From the NCBI GenBank assembly GCA_963713605.1, contig CAVQMO010000010.1, forward strand, positions 448,001 to 512,000: DNA of 64,000 bases. Direction: 5' to 3'. The translations under genes and the position numbers were made by a program. This document shows, piece after piece, positions 1 through 11,763 of the stretch; positions within the stretch are counted from its first letter, which is position 1, and each line of letters starts with the position of its first letter. The stretch comes from an uncultured Nitrososphaerales archaeon. Lineage in GTDB: Archaea; Thermoproteota; Nitrososphaeria; Nitrososphaerales; Nitrososphaeraceae. The notes under the pieces were generated by a model. It searched no databases. It was not told the origin of the DNA and worked only from the letters and a program-made list of their open reading frames with translations.

Positions 1-741
1 AGTCCCAAAGACAATACCAAAGTCAATGTAATCAAAAATATTCGATTCATTGAAATAAATAGCCCAAGATAAGATTTAAAGGTTGTATTTAGATTATTTA
101 GGCAGCAGGTCTTGATGTTTATAGGTACTACCAGTCGCTAAAGTTCGAATATCACATGGCGAGTATGGGACTAATTCGAGTAATTATTGGATGCTTCTTT
201 CTGACTTTAGAAGCTGCATCTCAAAGGCACCTATTTGCTGGACAAACACTAATTAATAAAACCTATTCTATTTGGTCCGTTTACCTTTCTAAATGCAACA
301 ATTCTGCATCATCTGATCAATAATAACGATGTCATCAATCGAAGGCCAGCAAGAGTCATTTGCTGTACTAATTTACTTCAGGTAGTCCATCGCAAGTCGC
401 AACATATTTTGATGCCGCTTTAGAAGAGAGTATAACCATGGAATATTCAGGTAATGCAACAAATACCACAAAATAACTGGGCCCTAACTTCTTGCAATGT
501 TTATAGGTCAGCAGTTGGTAAAAATATGAAACCTTAAGGGGCTATTTATCAATCTTGCTAATATTATTGCATATGAGTCAGGATATATTACCGATATCAT
601 TAAAGCTCTCGCCCATAAGTTCAAGGAATTGAGTTTGCAATTTTTTTATAACGGATTATGCTTCATTACACAACTTCCGAATATGCATTGTCTGTTTAAC
701 AATCCATTGATAAAGTATTCACCAAAATTCTAACAAGGTGA

Positions 742-1194
742 CTAATCTTCGTCTTCCAAATCCTTCCTTAATTTGGTAGATTCCTTCAAACTATTTAGTT
801 GAATATCACCACTTCTCGTGATTAGTCTTGAAAACGAGGGATGGGCTCCTTCCCCCAAAGTGATTGCTTCTTTACCCTTTCTTAATACTGATAAGGTTAT
901 CATATTATCCGACAATTTTTGAGCGAATTCTGTAGCAGTTCTCAGTTTATCGAATAAACCGAGATCGTCATCCTGGAGTTTAAATAGACCAGGTTCCAAC
1001 AAATCTGCCTTAATGCTCTTCTTGCTACTGTTGCTGAGATTATCTACACTGTAGATGCTTATCTCTGCAGCTGGTTTGTTGGCAAATTCCAGTTTCACAG
1101 ACCCTGAATTTGCAAAGCTCAATAACCTAACTAGTCCATCTATAATGTGATCACTTTCAGGGATGTGAAGATGTCTTTTGCCAAGAAATACCAT
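742..1194 (-). CDS. hypothetical protein
   Basis: 150-aa ORF with protein-like composition; no family recognised. Confidence 0.6.
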   Translation of the reverse strand: MVFLGKRHLHIPESDHIIDGLVRLLSFANSGSVKLEFANKPAAEISIYSVDNLSNSSKKSIKADLLEPGLFKLQDDDLGLFDKLRTATEFAQKLSDNMITLSVLRKGKEAITLGEGAHPSFSRLITRSGDIQLNSLKESTKLRKDLEDED

Positions 1195-1439
1195 CGAAGT
1201 TACATATTTAATTATGATTTTATACTATTTATGCTTAACAAGTTCGTCCAAAATTTGTTCGTAAATATTTCAGAGTAAACCGAGAAAAATTGAATTACTA
1301 TATTTCCAAATAGTTTCTGATTTAATATTGTTACAGGAGAAATCTAGAAGGGAATGACATAATTTTGAAGCGACCGTGTTATTGCACACTCATGCAGACG
1401 TTGTACTTTATAATATACTTGAAAGACGATGAACCTTTG

Positions 1440-1727
1440 TTATTGGTCTCGAGCTTTATGTGCTTCCGTTGTCCACACTACTTTTCCATTTAATTTCCAA
1501 GTTGCTCCACCTAAATCTCTCCCATCCGGTCCCTGCGCTCTCGGAATATCAATTTCTAAATTGTCGAAACTAATTGTAGTGGTCATATTGGTACCAGAAA
1601 CTACCTTTTCCATCACTTGACCTACTACTTGAGCCCATTGTCCTGGCTGCTTTAGCTCGCCTTGCAGAGATTTTCTTTCTTGGCCAGACTTCACGTTACT
1701 AGTTAAACCAGCTTCATTATTGACCAT
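1440..1727 (-). CDS. hypothetical protein
   Basis: 95-aa ORF, ATG start, AT-rich TATA-like sequence upstream. Confidence 0.65.
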   Translation of the reverse strand: MVNNEAGLTSNVKSGQERKSLQGELKQPGQWAQVVGQVMEKVVSGTNMTTTISFDNLEIDIPRAQGPDGRDLGGATWKLNGKVVWTTEAHKARDQ

Positions 1728-2356
1728 ATAATCTCTATTTAAACAACTTCGGATTTAAGTGATATTATGACGTACAAAAATAAAGTTATTCTGGCCATGG
1801 TCATACGATCACCGTAGCAATCATTATTAAACAAAGTTTGCCTATAATTTTAGTCTCCTGCAAAAATGGTGCAGCGGGTTTCGGTCCCGTTCCCCGAGGC
1901 ACAATTGAGGTAGAGAGGAAAGGCCAAATACGGGACTGGCCAAAAAGAGCCTCTTACCTGCAGGAGATAAGGCCTCAGATTCACTCATGGATTAAGGCTA
2001 TTTTCGCTATTTCAAGCAAATCTCAGAGTCGCTCCTAATAGTTAGGATGGTTGGTTTGGCAACAATTTCTATGATATTAGTTTAATGTAATAAAGGACGC
2101 CAATTTGATCAAAATTAGGCCGTTTACAGCCATTCACAGCTCTAGTTATAACGACGAAAAAACTTTCACATCAATTGCAACTTAACAGTGCGTATTGAAC
2201 ACTTTTAGAAATTCAGCGAGGCGATTTGACTGATTCTGAATAAACGAGGTGGTATATGATCTTATATGATCTGCTGCTTTACTGATTTCCTGCATTAAGG
2301 AGTGAAATATTTATAAACGATTTTTCCTATTTTATGAAAAAGGAATTCGTAATTAC

Positions 2357-2464
2357 TTGGATAATAGAGATAATAAGGGAGAACCTGTAATGTGTAGCAA
2401 ATGCAACGTCGTATTCGAAAGTGAGACAGAATTTATCATGCATTACGACAAGAATCACAAGTAG
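2357..2464 (+). CDS. C2H2 zinc-finger microprotein (35 aa)
   Basis: Manual translation from TTG: MDNRDNKGEPVMCSKCNVVFESETEFIMHYDKNHK; C-x2-C-x12-H-x4-H; TTTATGAA about 26 bp upstream. Confidence 0.7.
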   Translation: MDNRDNKGEPVMCSKCNVVFESETEFIMHYDKNHK

Positions 2465-2654
2465 GATTCTTCGTTGACCATGATTCTACGTTATATATTC
2501 AAAAACCATGGAATCTATGTTCGTCGATTCTAACTATTACCTATAGTAAAGTAAATGTACAATGTGTATGCACGCCCAAGTTTACTGCCAGAATCATGCT
2601 TCCTGTGCAGGAAGCTTTGATTAGTAGGATCTCTTATTTGAGACGCGATTATGA

Positions 2655-3071
2655 TTATTGTCTCGCTCTATAGTCGCCACGGATTTGATACACTACTACG
2701 CCGAATAACGTAAATGCACCAACGATAGCCGCGATAAAGGCTGCCATAAATACACTGGTGGCGATCTGAGCTAATTCAACACTAACGCTAGCCGTGAAGA
2801 TCGCGAAAACTAGAATAATAAATCCTATTAGTGCAAATAAGCCCAGAAGTATCATTCTGATATTATTAGATATCCTAATAGATTCAGAAAGGGAGACATC
2901 ACTTTCATCTGATTTACCGTCTGTCGTTCCAGTTATTTTACCTACTATTTTATCTTTGAAGCCCGTAATCCCTGATGGCTCAGATTTCTTATTAGATTCG
3001 GTAGAATCAAATTTACTGTGTTCCTCATTACTGTTTTTCAATTTCTCTGGCTCACTCATTTTATAATACAA
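2655..3071 (-). CDS. membrane protein with two C-terminal TM helices
   Basis: Hydrophilic N-terminus followed by two long hydrophobic segments. Confidence 0.7.
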   Translation of the reverse strand: MYYKMSEPEKLKNSNEEHSKFDSTESNKKSEPSGITGFKDKIVGKITGTTDGKSDESDVSLSESIRISNNIRMILLGLFALIGFIILVFAIFTASVSVELAQIATSVFMAAFIAAIVGAFTLFGVVVYQIRGDYRARQ

Positions 3072-3180
3072 ATAATGCTTGCATACTATTAGTATCTTTG
3101 CTGGAGAAAAACATAATCATTACTGCGTTGGTGTTAGTAATTGTTTACTTCGAGCATGCATGTGTATTATAATATCAATC

Positions 3181-5021
3181 TCAACCACCAAACATGTTTG
3201 AAATTGCTTGACCTAATTGCTCAAATGGATTTTGCCTTGGTGCTGGCGGTGCTGCTGATGCTGTTTGATTTTGTTGCGGCTGCGGCTGTTCTGTTAAGTT
3301 ATTGTTAGTCTGTACTGGTGCTGGCGGTGCTGCTGATGCTGTTTGATTTTGTTGCGGCTGCCGCTGCAGCTGCGGCTGTTCTGTTAAGTTATTGTTAGAG
3401 GGTACTGGTGCAAGAGCTGTCTGCTGTTTCATTGGTTTCCCCTGGCACAACTACAGTGCCCCTTGCAATACCATTTCTAGTACGATCGACAGGAGGTGGT
3501 GTCTCCGATTTCTGATCGGGCTGCGGCTGAAGACCTGTAATGGTCAATACTAATTGATACGCTCCCGCGGCTGGGAACTTAATTGTCTGTGTATCTTGAG
3601 AATCCTTTGCAGTCAAACCTTTCTTTTCAAACACTTTTGTGCCATTACTATCAAGTACGGAGAGGTCGTATAATACATCTGCATTAAGAACTCCTCCGGA
3701 AAATGCGTCAGTAAAGTTGAACTTGGCAGATGATTCTGTGTTCATTCGAATAGGAGTCGGTGACCACATAACATTGGCGTGGATTCCCCCCGTGTCAGAG
3801 AGTAGATCGGTAGAAGTTGCATTCGCAGAAGAGTTAGGGGGCGCAGTTGCTGCCTGGTCCTGGGTGCTAGTGCCATTGGTCGAACCACTCGTAACGGCAG
3901 ACGGGAGACCTGGCTGCACGGTCTTAAGTGTAAATTCCATTATGCCACTTACGTTCTGATTGTTTGTAGAAGCAGCTCCTCCTTCAAGTGATACCGGCTG
4001 CATACTTGAGGTAGTGGTAGAATTACCCTGACCTATTGCAGTCGTATTCAAACCTTGTTCTCGTTGCTGCCATTCATTGGCAATTTTGATGACGTCGTTC
4101 TTATTGATTAGATAATGCAAAATTACAGCATCTGGAGATGTAAAAGGATCAATCGCAAGAGTTCTACCAGATATTGGCTCTCCATTAACAGTTGCATTAA
4201 ATATGCTACTACCAAAGAGAGCCTTAGGGCAGCTTGATCTCTTCGTGGACAAATATTGGATTCTTCTCTAGTCTCTGAACATCATAATAGAATGGCATAG
4301 ACCAAGAGAACTCACCAGAGGTCGAATTAAAGTTGAAATCATCAATCTTGTCGTAGTAAGATATAAGGGTTGTATTAAATGGCTTTCCTTCATAGGTCAA
4401 ATTATCAAAATTGAAGACGTCGCCTACACTCAGGAAGGTTTCAAATGTGGGAGCCTTGTCTGGAACAAAGATGTTTCTATCATTGTCAACTCCAAATATT
4501 TGGATATCAAACCTGTACAATCCTCCTTCCTGCAAAACAGGTCCTCTCAAATTGATGGTCCCGCCTGGATCCGCTACATATGCAGCTTGAAATGGGTCTC
4601 TATCTCCGAAAATGGTTAAAGAACCATTTGATGGCTCAACTTTGAGAGTCAGTAATCCATTATGTGCATGGAAAAAGTCACGAACGAGTGGTTTCTCGCC
4701 TTCGACTGGGTTTGCACCCTTGCTAACACTAATGTCGTACGTTACATGTTGGATTGTTTCATTTGTTTTGGCATCGAACAACCTAAATTGCATGTATGCA
4801 TCTCCCCCTGTGGCGGTTGTATAAATTGGGGGGCTGATCTTTACAAACAGGCTTCCTTCTCTATTTCCAAGGCTTGCTGGGGGAAGATTTTCTTGCGTTA
4901 AACCATCACCATGGGCTTGCTGCGTAAATACATTTTCAAAGGCGAATAGGATAAGAGCAAATGTTAGGATATATACGATTCCGAATTGCAAATTGGAAAC
5001 GTTTATTCTGAGCAAATTCAA
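3181..5021 (-). CDS. large secreted/surface protein (thaumarchaeal PEFG-type-like), split by two frameshifts
   Basis: ORFs 4224-5021, 3395-4252 and 3181-3450 overlap at their ends and read as one protein (FVHEEIKLP/KALFG; GTVVV/P..KPM); N-terminal signal peptide; Q/P/A-rich tail. Confidence 0.65.
3241..3398. repeat. coding direct repeat (two copies, ~65-75 bp)
   Basis: tgctggcggtgctgctgatgctgtttgattttgttgcggctgc occurs twice; encodes NNNLTEQPQ..QQNQTASAAPPAP x2. Confidence 0.85.
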
Positions 5022-5337
5022 TTATGCTGCATAAATCTTCCCAAATTCCCTATTTAATTATTACATTTTTGATGCTATTCATCCAATTTTTTTTCTATTA
5101 GATCAGCCATTAGCTGCGAACATTATGTTTATATTCACGCTATGCATCAGTCTACGCCTTCAAACAAAGCATGTTACCTTACTTAGTGATCTGTCTTTGC
5201 TTTCTAAAACTCATACCTAATGAGTTGCAATTAACCCTTCCAGTTCCAGGGATGGCTTTTCACCTTGGATATGGACCCCCCCATCCCCGTCAACGTGCTT
5301 CAGTTTTTAAATCAATTAGTTATGAAATACATTTGTT

Positions 5338-6300
5338 ATGAATACTTGGTACTCCAATATGGCTCCAAAGCTCGAAACTAAGAGTTCAAAGTCATTAATT
5401 CATTCGTTTATAGTTAAGGAGCATAAGGGTCTGACAATAAACCCATATCAAGGCTGCCAACATCGATGTGGATACTGTTACGCAACTTATCAATGGTCAC
5501 CTGATTTTTATGACAAAATATATGCAAAAAGCAATGCTCCTGAGATACTAGAAAGACAGCTCAAGTCATCTAAATATGACAATATTGAGCCTGTCATGAT
5601 ATCGTCTGCAACGGACCCATATCAGCCGGCAGAAATAAGATATGGACTCACCCGCAGATGTATTCAAGTTCTGCAGAAATGCAAAGCACCATATTATGTG
5701 TTCACTAAATCAACTAACATACTTAGGGATTTGGATCTCCACAAGGGATACAGAGACAATTGTTTTTTGGTGTGGTCCATTACTACCTGTGATGAAAAAA
5801 TAAGACGCCTAATTGAACCTGGAACGCCTCCATCAGAGGCCATCTTTGGTGCAATAAGAAAATTTGTTGACGCTGGAGTGTGCTGTGTAGTAAATATCGA
5901 TCCAATACTGCCTCTAATCACCGATTCTGAAGTTCACTTAGATGAAATACTAGACGCATGTAGCGACGGTGGTGTTAGGCATGTTGTTGGAGCAATACTG
6001 AGACTCAGAGCGGATATTTGGGAACGGATGAAGACAGTAATAGCCTCACTCGATATCCCTGAAGGAATTTACAAGTACCAGAAAACCATTTTTCAATTTT
6101 TAGAGCCTATTCGTCCCGGAGTCAATATCGGATCTTCTAAATCATACGAGAACAGAATACTTGATACTCTGAAATATAGAGTCATGTGCAAAGACATGAT
6201 ACCAGAATTTCCGACCTTTCTTTGGGATATGCATGTTATGCCTCAACGCCCAAATATGATAAATGATGGGCACCAACTGACATTAATGAAATATGTATAA
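5338..6300 (+). CDS. radical SAM protein, SplB/spore photoproduct lyase-like family
   Basis: INPYQGCQHRCGYCYA (CxxxCxxC), SSATDPYQPAE, FTKS and IEPGTP motifs. Confidence 0.9.
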   Translation: MNTWYSNMAPKLETKSSKSLIHSFIVKEHKGLTINPYQGCQHRCGYCYATYQWSPDFYDKIYAKSNAPEILERQLKSSKYDNIEPVMISSATDPYQPAEIRYGLTRRCIQVLQKCKAPYYVFTKSTNILRDLDLHKGYRDNCFLVWSITTCDEKIRRLIEPGTPPSEAIFGAIRKFVDAGVCCVVNIDPILPLITDSEVHLDEILDACSDGGVRHVVGAILRLRADIWERMKTVIASLDIPEGIYKYQKTIFQFLEPIRPGVNIGSSKSYENRILDTLKYRVMCKDMIPEFPTFLWDMHVMPQRPNMINDGHQLTLMKYV

Positions 6301-6580
6301 TCTCAATTCGCCAAGTGTTGGAGTTACTGTACATAATAAAGCATGTAGTAGGTCTCAGTTCAAGGATAACAACAACCAATAGGCAGTTCGGTTGGACTAG
6401 CTCCGTTTACCGTAGTATCCTATTTTCCTGCAATGGTGGAAGAGGATCATGCAAAGCTAGATACTACGCTCAGCAAAAGAATGGGGGCCATTTCAATCTA
6501 ATTATCCTACGATTATACCAAAAGTATGTGAATTCTGGTAGGAGGTTGCATATCAGTGAGAAATATAACCATTATATAAT

Positions 6581-6862
6581 ATGGTGCTCTATGCGGCTAC
6601 AATGAAGAGTGAATTCTTTGCAGCAGTAACTGTTGCAGTAATTGCAACAATTTTGGCAATGGGATTTACGTCAGTTATCTATGGCCAAGCAAACATGACA
6701 GGAGGAAACATGACTGGAGGAAACATGACAGGAGGAAACATGACAGCTGGTAACGCAACCACTACCGGTGCAGGAGGCGGTGGAGACAATGGAGATGATG
6801 ATAATGGAGACGACAACGATGATGATGAAGAGAATGAAGGTGAAGGCGGAGGGTCCAACTAG
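6581..6862 (+). CDS. small secreted low-complexity protein (GGNMT repeats, acidic tail)
   Basis: Signal peptide, GGNMT x3, D/E/G-rich C-terminus; probable start 6602. Confidence 0.75.
   Translation: MVLYAATMKSEFFAAVTVAVIATILAMGFTSVIYGQANMTGGNMTGGNMTGGNMTAGNATTTGAGGGGDNGDDDNGDDNDDDEENEGEGGGSN
6691..6746. repeat. 15-bp coding tandem repeat
   Basis: aaacatgacWggagg about 3.7 copies. Confidence 0.85.
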
Positions 6863-7081
6863 ACTATTCGGACAGTACTCTGTTCTCAAAATTTGAGGAA
6901 TCTAATTCTAGACTAAGGTAACACATTATTTTTAATTTACATTTATCCCACTTATACGTGGTTTTTTGCCGTCAGATAAAGACTAATGAGAGTATGCTGA
7001 ATTCTCCTTGATATTATTACGATTCAAATAGCAACGTCCAAATTTTGGGAAAAAAACAGTTCTTGATTGGGTAATACATTG

Positions 7082-7248
7082 TCATCCATCCTTAGAAATC
7101 TTCCGGGCAGCCTTTTGCCTTGAATTTTCCATTTCCCTGATCGAATCAGGTATGTCGTCGGCTCTTGGTTCTTCCCCCAATTGACCACTACTCGCGTCGT
7201 TTAATGCTTGACCTCGTTTGAACGGGTTCTTTTTTTCGGTACTCATTT
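7082..7248 (-). CDS. small hypothetical protein
   Basis: MSTEKKNPFKRGQALNDASSGQLGEEPRADD...; hydrophilic ORF, internal ATG more plausible as start. Confidence 0.5.
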
Positions 7249-7903
7249 CTCTAAAAGCAATATGGAGAGCATGACTAATAGATATTTGCAAACTACTGCC
7301 GAAATGTAATTAGACTACAAGAAAATCTATAGATAACCTCGGATTTCCGACGTGTGAATTTTCCTAAACAGACAATAAGGCCCTCAGTTTTCAATGTGAG
7401 ATGTGTTAATGATTGTGAAGTTAGAGCATTATATCGCAAACGGCAAATACTGAACAATAGCAATTCAAATGAGCAAGCACGCATCTTAAGTACCTATATA
7501 CGATGGGGCGAAGCGCTGGTTGGCTGCAGATAGAATAGAAAGAATTTACGAGGCTACAACTATCTTATTACTGTTACTTGTTACCTGTACCGTGGGATGT
7601 GTGATAGAATACTTTAGATACTTACCAATTCCAATATATCTGGCTCTGTTTGTGATTGCAAGTTTTACTCTCATTAGCTGGCACTATAAATGGTAAAGAG
7701 TAGATAAAGTGGATATTAGTATTTGACGGCTATCTGATTCATGATTTAACTTTCCTACTTCATAACAGGGTTGAAGTTAAGTTAGAATAGTGTTTTTCCA
7801 TCTGTTCACAAGCAGGAATTCATTCATTATTGGATCGTTATTGCCATACATGGTAAGTATAATCATGGCAATTACTGTAAGAATTTAGGAAAGTCTTTTA
7901 AGA

Positions 7904-8285
7904 GTGAGTTACTTATCCTCAACTATGATAACTGATTATGGACATATCCACAATCAAATAATGAAGCTTGATCCCAGTATCCGATTAGTTACCATATGTA
8001 CCAACGATGGACAGATAATGTATTCTGATCATCGTGAAGGTGTCAAGAACTTACTGACTCAGGACGAAAGCAAGAGATCTCTCGACTTAGCGGTAAATGC
8101 TTGGAAGGTACGTAGTGAACTGAGCCATAAAATCGGTAAAGGAAAGTACGTATTGGCCGAGTACCGAACGAATAAAACGGATTACAATGCCACTGAATGA
8201 CAACAAACATTTAGTGTACATTACTACTGAAATACCCTCTGAGCATGAAAAAATCATCGAGGGGGTCAGACAATTAAAATTGTAG
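7904..8285 (+). CDS. DUF6659-like (profilin/roadblock-like) thaumarchaeal protein, frameshifted
   Basis: KIGKGKYVLAEY then shifted frame ERIKRITMPLNDNKHLVYITTE..; stop at 8283-8285. Confidence 0.7.
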
Positions 8286-8495
8286 AACCTGAATGTCTAT
8301 TGCACTGCATCTCAGAATTATAAGGTTTTCGTATTGTGGTATGAAAGATGATTATAATTAGAGTGTTATAATAGCCAAAAAGATGTACTGTTTAGTCGGA
8401 ATGATCAGACAACTTAAGACGTACCTTTTTAGGACACAATAGGTTTGTTTCTTATGCTAAATTCTGAATTAGTCAGTGGTTATAGAAATCCAAGT

Positions 8496-8972
8496 TTATA
8501 CTACTGATACAAAATTAACCTTCAAACTTTTTATTCCACGATTTTCAGAAATATGTTTTGCTAAATCCCTTATTCTCTTGATATTCCCCTTAACCATGAT
8601 CGTCTCAAGACAGTTATCATTTGCAAGATGGAGGTGAATTGATGCACTTATGATATCAGCATACTTATGTTGGACGTGTACTGATTTCTTATCTTGATTG
8701 TATATATGATTATTGTATAACATTACAATAGCCCCCGCACCATCTGCCTTCTCTTCGCTTTTCCATGTATATTCGTCCACTAAATAGTGCATGGCTGCTT
8801 GTAAAGCCTTTGATCTATCTGTATAACCTGTCTTAGCCATACTTTCGTCAAATTTTGATAGTAGGTCTGACGGTAACGATATACTAACTCTACTTAATGA
8901 TGCATTTCTCCTTCGATAGGGATTGGTGGCAGAATGGTGTTCCGTATGATGACGAAGACTAGTAGGAGCCAA
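8496..8972 (-). CDS. nikR: nickel-responsive regulator NikR family (RHH + ACT)
   Basis: RVSISLPSDLLSKFDE..GYTDRSKALQAA RHH domain; SIHLHL..NCLE metal site. Confidence 0.85.
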   Translation of the reverse strand: MAPTSLRHHTEHHSATNPYRRRNASLSRVSISLPSDLLSKFDESMAKTGYTDRSKALQAAMHYLVDEYTWKSEEKADGAGAIVMLYNNHIYNQDKKSVHVQHKYADIISASIHLHLANDNCLETIMVKGNIKRIRDLAKHISENRGIKSLKVNFVSVV

Positions 8973-9716
8973 ATATTGATGAAATATAGATTATCTATCT
9001 TAATAATATTTCTTCAAGGACCAGCCCATTATATCTTTGTGAGAGGACTATTTGAAAAAAAGAGTCCAACAAAACTCAATTTGATATGATCAGGTTTTCT
9101 AATCTTAAGGCGGCTCTCGTAGAATTCATTGAGTGAATCAGAATTGCTAAAAATTGCATGAGTTAATTCGCATCTGTTGGTTTGTTAGTATGGTACTCCT
9201 ATTCATGTTACTCTGATCAAAGGAAGTTGAGAGGATTCGCTTTCATTTCTTTTTATTGTAACAAAATTATCACACACGCTCTGTCCAATTAGTAATAGCA
9301 ATAGTGTATCAATCTAATTTGAGTAAATCCGTCAGTCTCAAGGCAGGTTTTCAAACCTCGATACTTCGTTCTTGTTCCAGATTAAACGATCAATTCACAA
9401 GATTAGTGCATGAGTTCAGGATTCCTAAATGGAAAATGTGAGCTGACGGAATTTTGCCATGATGTCAAGAATCTATCCCTTGCCTTATCTAAATTGTTCA
9501 TTTATGGTATCTTGCCTCATGCCGTACTTCCATCCAAGCAACACGGTTAGCAATAGAAATCATACAATTTGATATTGTTCCTCCAATATGAAATCGGATC
9601 GTAGGTTTGAAACTTTTTCATTTGAAGGAGATAGGGTGATGACCACCTAATGATCTTTCATGAAGGGATTAAGTTTTCATTGCTCTGATTTCATTGTTCT
9701 GTTCCGCTGCAGCAAA

Positions 9717-10010
9717 TTATAAGTTATTGACGATATTATCTAAATCATAGTATGCTGTCAAATATTGAATGCCTTTTTCGGTAACCATATATTTTTTTGT
9801 ACCCACATCACGTTCTATCATTCTACATTTGAGTAATTCTATCAAATAGTTCCGGGCTTGGTCATATGAAAGATAAACCTCATACATCACATTCAGCGTG
9901 GTAGCTCCACCTCTTGTACTAAGTGTCCCATATGCTTGAATTGCTTCTAGTATTAGTGCCTTATTTTCAGTGTGTTTTCTCGCTATCTTCGGGCTTCGGT
10001 TAAGCAACAT
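9717..10010 (-). CDS. winged-helix transcription regulator (archaeal type)
   Basis: VMYEVYLSYDQARNYLIELL..YMVTEKGIQYL pattern. Confidence 0.75.
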   Translation of the reverse strand: MLLNRSPKIARKHTENKALILEAIQAYGTLSTRGGATTLNVMYEVYLSYDQARNYLIELLKCRMIERDVGTKKYMVTEKGIQYLTAYYDLDNIVNNL

Positions 10011-10606
10011 CGAACAAAGGAGACAATGGTATTTATGAGAACCTTCAGTTATTGTAGAAACTTAATTGAATCGCTATTTGTAATTAGTAAATGACACAAA
10101 TAAGGATCATAGTATTTAATTGAAACTATCAACAGAAAATCAGTTACGTTAGGTTAGACTAGGAGATTTTGTATAGTTTCATCCTATTAAAAATAGTCGT
10201 AAAGTAATCATATAATTGCAAACATTAACTTAGCTCTAAGCCTGTGGACAAATGTCTTTTCGTCTTCCTTATCAATGTTAAAGATATTGGGTGATTTAAC
10301 TAATCTATGCACTATATTACAAGAATTACTCGGACTTAATATTTCGATGATTTCGTTCATTTTGGTCCTCTCTTGTAAATTCTCTTCATATCTGAATCGC
10401 ACCGTATCTTTGGAAGTTCTTTCGAAGGTCAGTATTGACCAGCGAATGGACATTTCAATCGCAGAATCGTATTCTTTATAATAATGCAAGTAAAGAATGA
10501 GAATTGCTGATGCAGTCAATATTATTTTGTTGAATGATCTATTACTTAAGGTGAAAAGTCTTACACTAATTACTTTTAGAGAAATGTTCTATAATTCCAA
10601 TCGCTT

Positions 10607-10918
10607 ATGCCTAAAAGTATTCAGATCAAGCACTCCAGTACAATTTCTGACTTAAGTGCATGGCACATACTCACTCTTGATGATTTCACCAGATATAACC
10701 AGAAAGTAAAAAACGCTAACCGAGATTCTATTGTATCGGTCTACTCAGTTATCGAGAAGCAAAGCGGACAAGTTACCACCAGGCAGATTGAAAAACAAGT
10801 AGGGCTAGATATAGGAACTGTGCGCTATGCTATAAAATACCTCACAAAGGAAGGTAAGATCCAACGGGTTAAGGGATTAGGAACCAATAAGATAGAATTT
10901 TATTACAAAGTCTGTTAG
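10607..10918 (+). CDS. HTH-domain protein
   Basis: TTRQIEKQVGLDIGTVRYAIKYLTKEGKIQR wHTH. Confidence 0.7.
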   Translation: MPKSIQIKHSSTISDLSAWHILTLDDFTRYNQKVKNANRDSIVSVYSVIEKQSGQVTTRQIEKQVGLDIGTVRYAIKYLTKEGKIQRVKGLGTNKIEFYYKVC

Positions 10919-11521
10919 TCTATGTAGGTCATTATGAATCCGAAAACAAAGACACCTGCAGAACGGCTAATTAACCAGCAAAAATATCCGTAGGAGGTTA
11001 ATAACTTATAATTTGCTCGTAAGTTGTGCTCTGCTATCGGGGTGCTTATGAGTTGAGCTGCTACTAGGGGGTTTCACGGACGGTCCTAGTACAAAGCGGT
11101 TGTACAAATATTCTTCGAGCAATACCGCTCGGAATATTCATTTTTCAAAACTACCTCACAGATTACGAATAGCGATATCCCATTTCTAACCATTCAACAA
11201 GTTATCTTTGCTTTCAGGCTCTAGACCAATCAATGCTAAACCATACTGAAACGCTCACCTTTCATCATTCCGTTGATCAATTATCTGAATTGTAGAATGA
11301 GCCGAAGAATAAGATGCAATAATAATGATCAGGCAAAAAAGTATTCCAAGTACTAAGACTATCATTGCTTCTTTATCTTGGCTCATTCAAACCGATCCCT
11401 TTCTTTGCAAGTGTAATTCCACTAATATTAAAACGATCCTTCAATTATCCTCATATTATTCTCAATTTATCATAAGATGTATTATAGAACGCTTTTTATT
11501 TTATAAAAGTAATTCTCTTGT

Positions 11522-11662
11522 ATGGGCGAGGATTTAGAGACTAAAGAAACTGAAGATGATGAAGTGAGAGAAGAGATCAAAGAAGAAATCAAGGAAGAGG
11601 TTCATGAACTGCAAGATTACGAAAGTGAGGAAAGCGAAGAGGACCCTGATTCAGAAGAATAG
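11522..11662 (+). CDS. very acidic microprotein (46 aa)
   Basis: Manual translation MGEDLETKETEDDEVREEIKEEIKEEVHELQDYESEESEEDPDSEE; TTTATAAA about 22 bp upstream. Confidence 0.65.
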   Translation: MGEDLETKETEDDEVREEIKEEIKEEVHELQDYESEESEEDPDSEE

Positions 11663-11763
11663 CGTTATTATTCGTTTAGAATGTAAATATTTGGACTGAA
11701 GGGGCCCACTCATTAAGCCGCCTGGATAGACTTCACTGTGATAATGGTCCCCTCCTGACCAAT

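Noticed and set aside
5255..5290. GGGATGG/CCATCCC stem upstream of the radical SAM gene as a riboswitch
   Set aside because: A single 7-bp stem with no riboswitch consensus.
11040..11140. Hairpins TACTAGG/CCTAGTA and AATATT..CGAGC/GCTCG..AATATT as a ribozyme or ncRNA
   Set aside because: No catalytic consensus was recognised, and the region may be a decayed minus-strand coding sequence.
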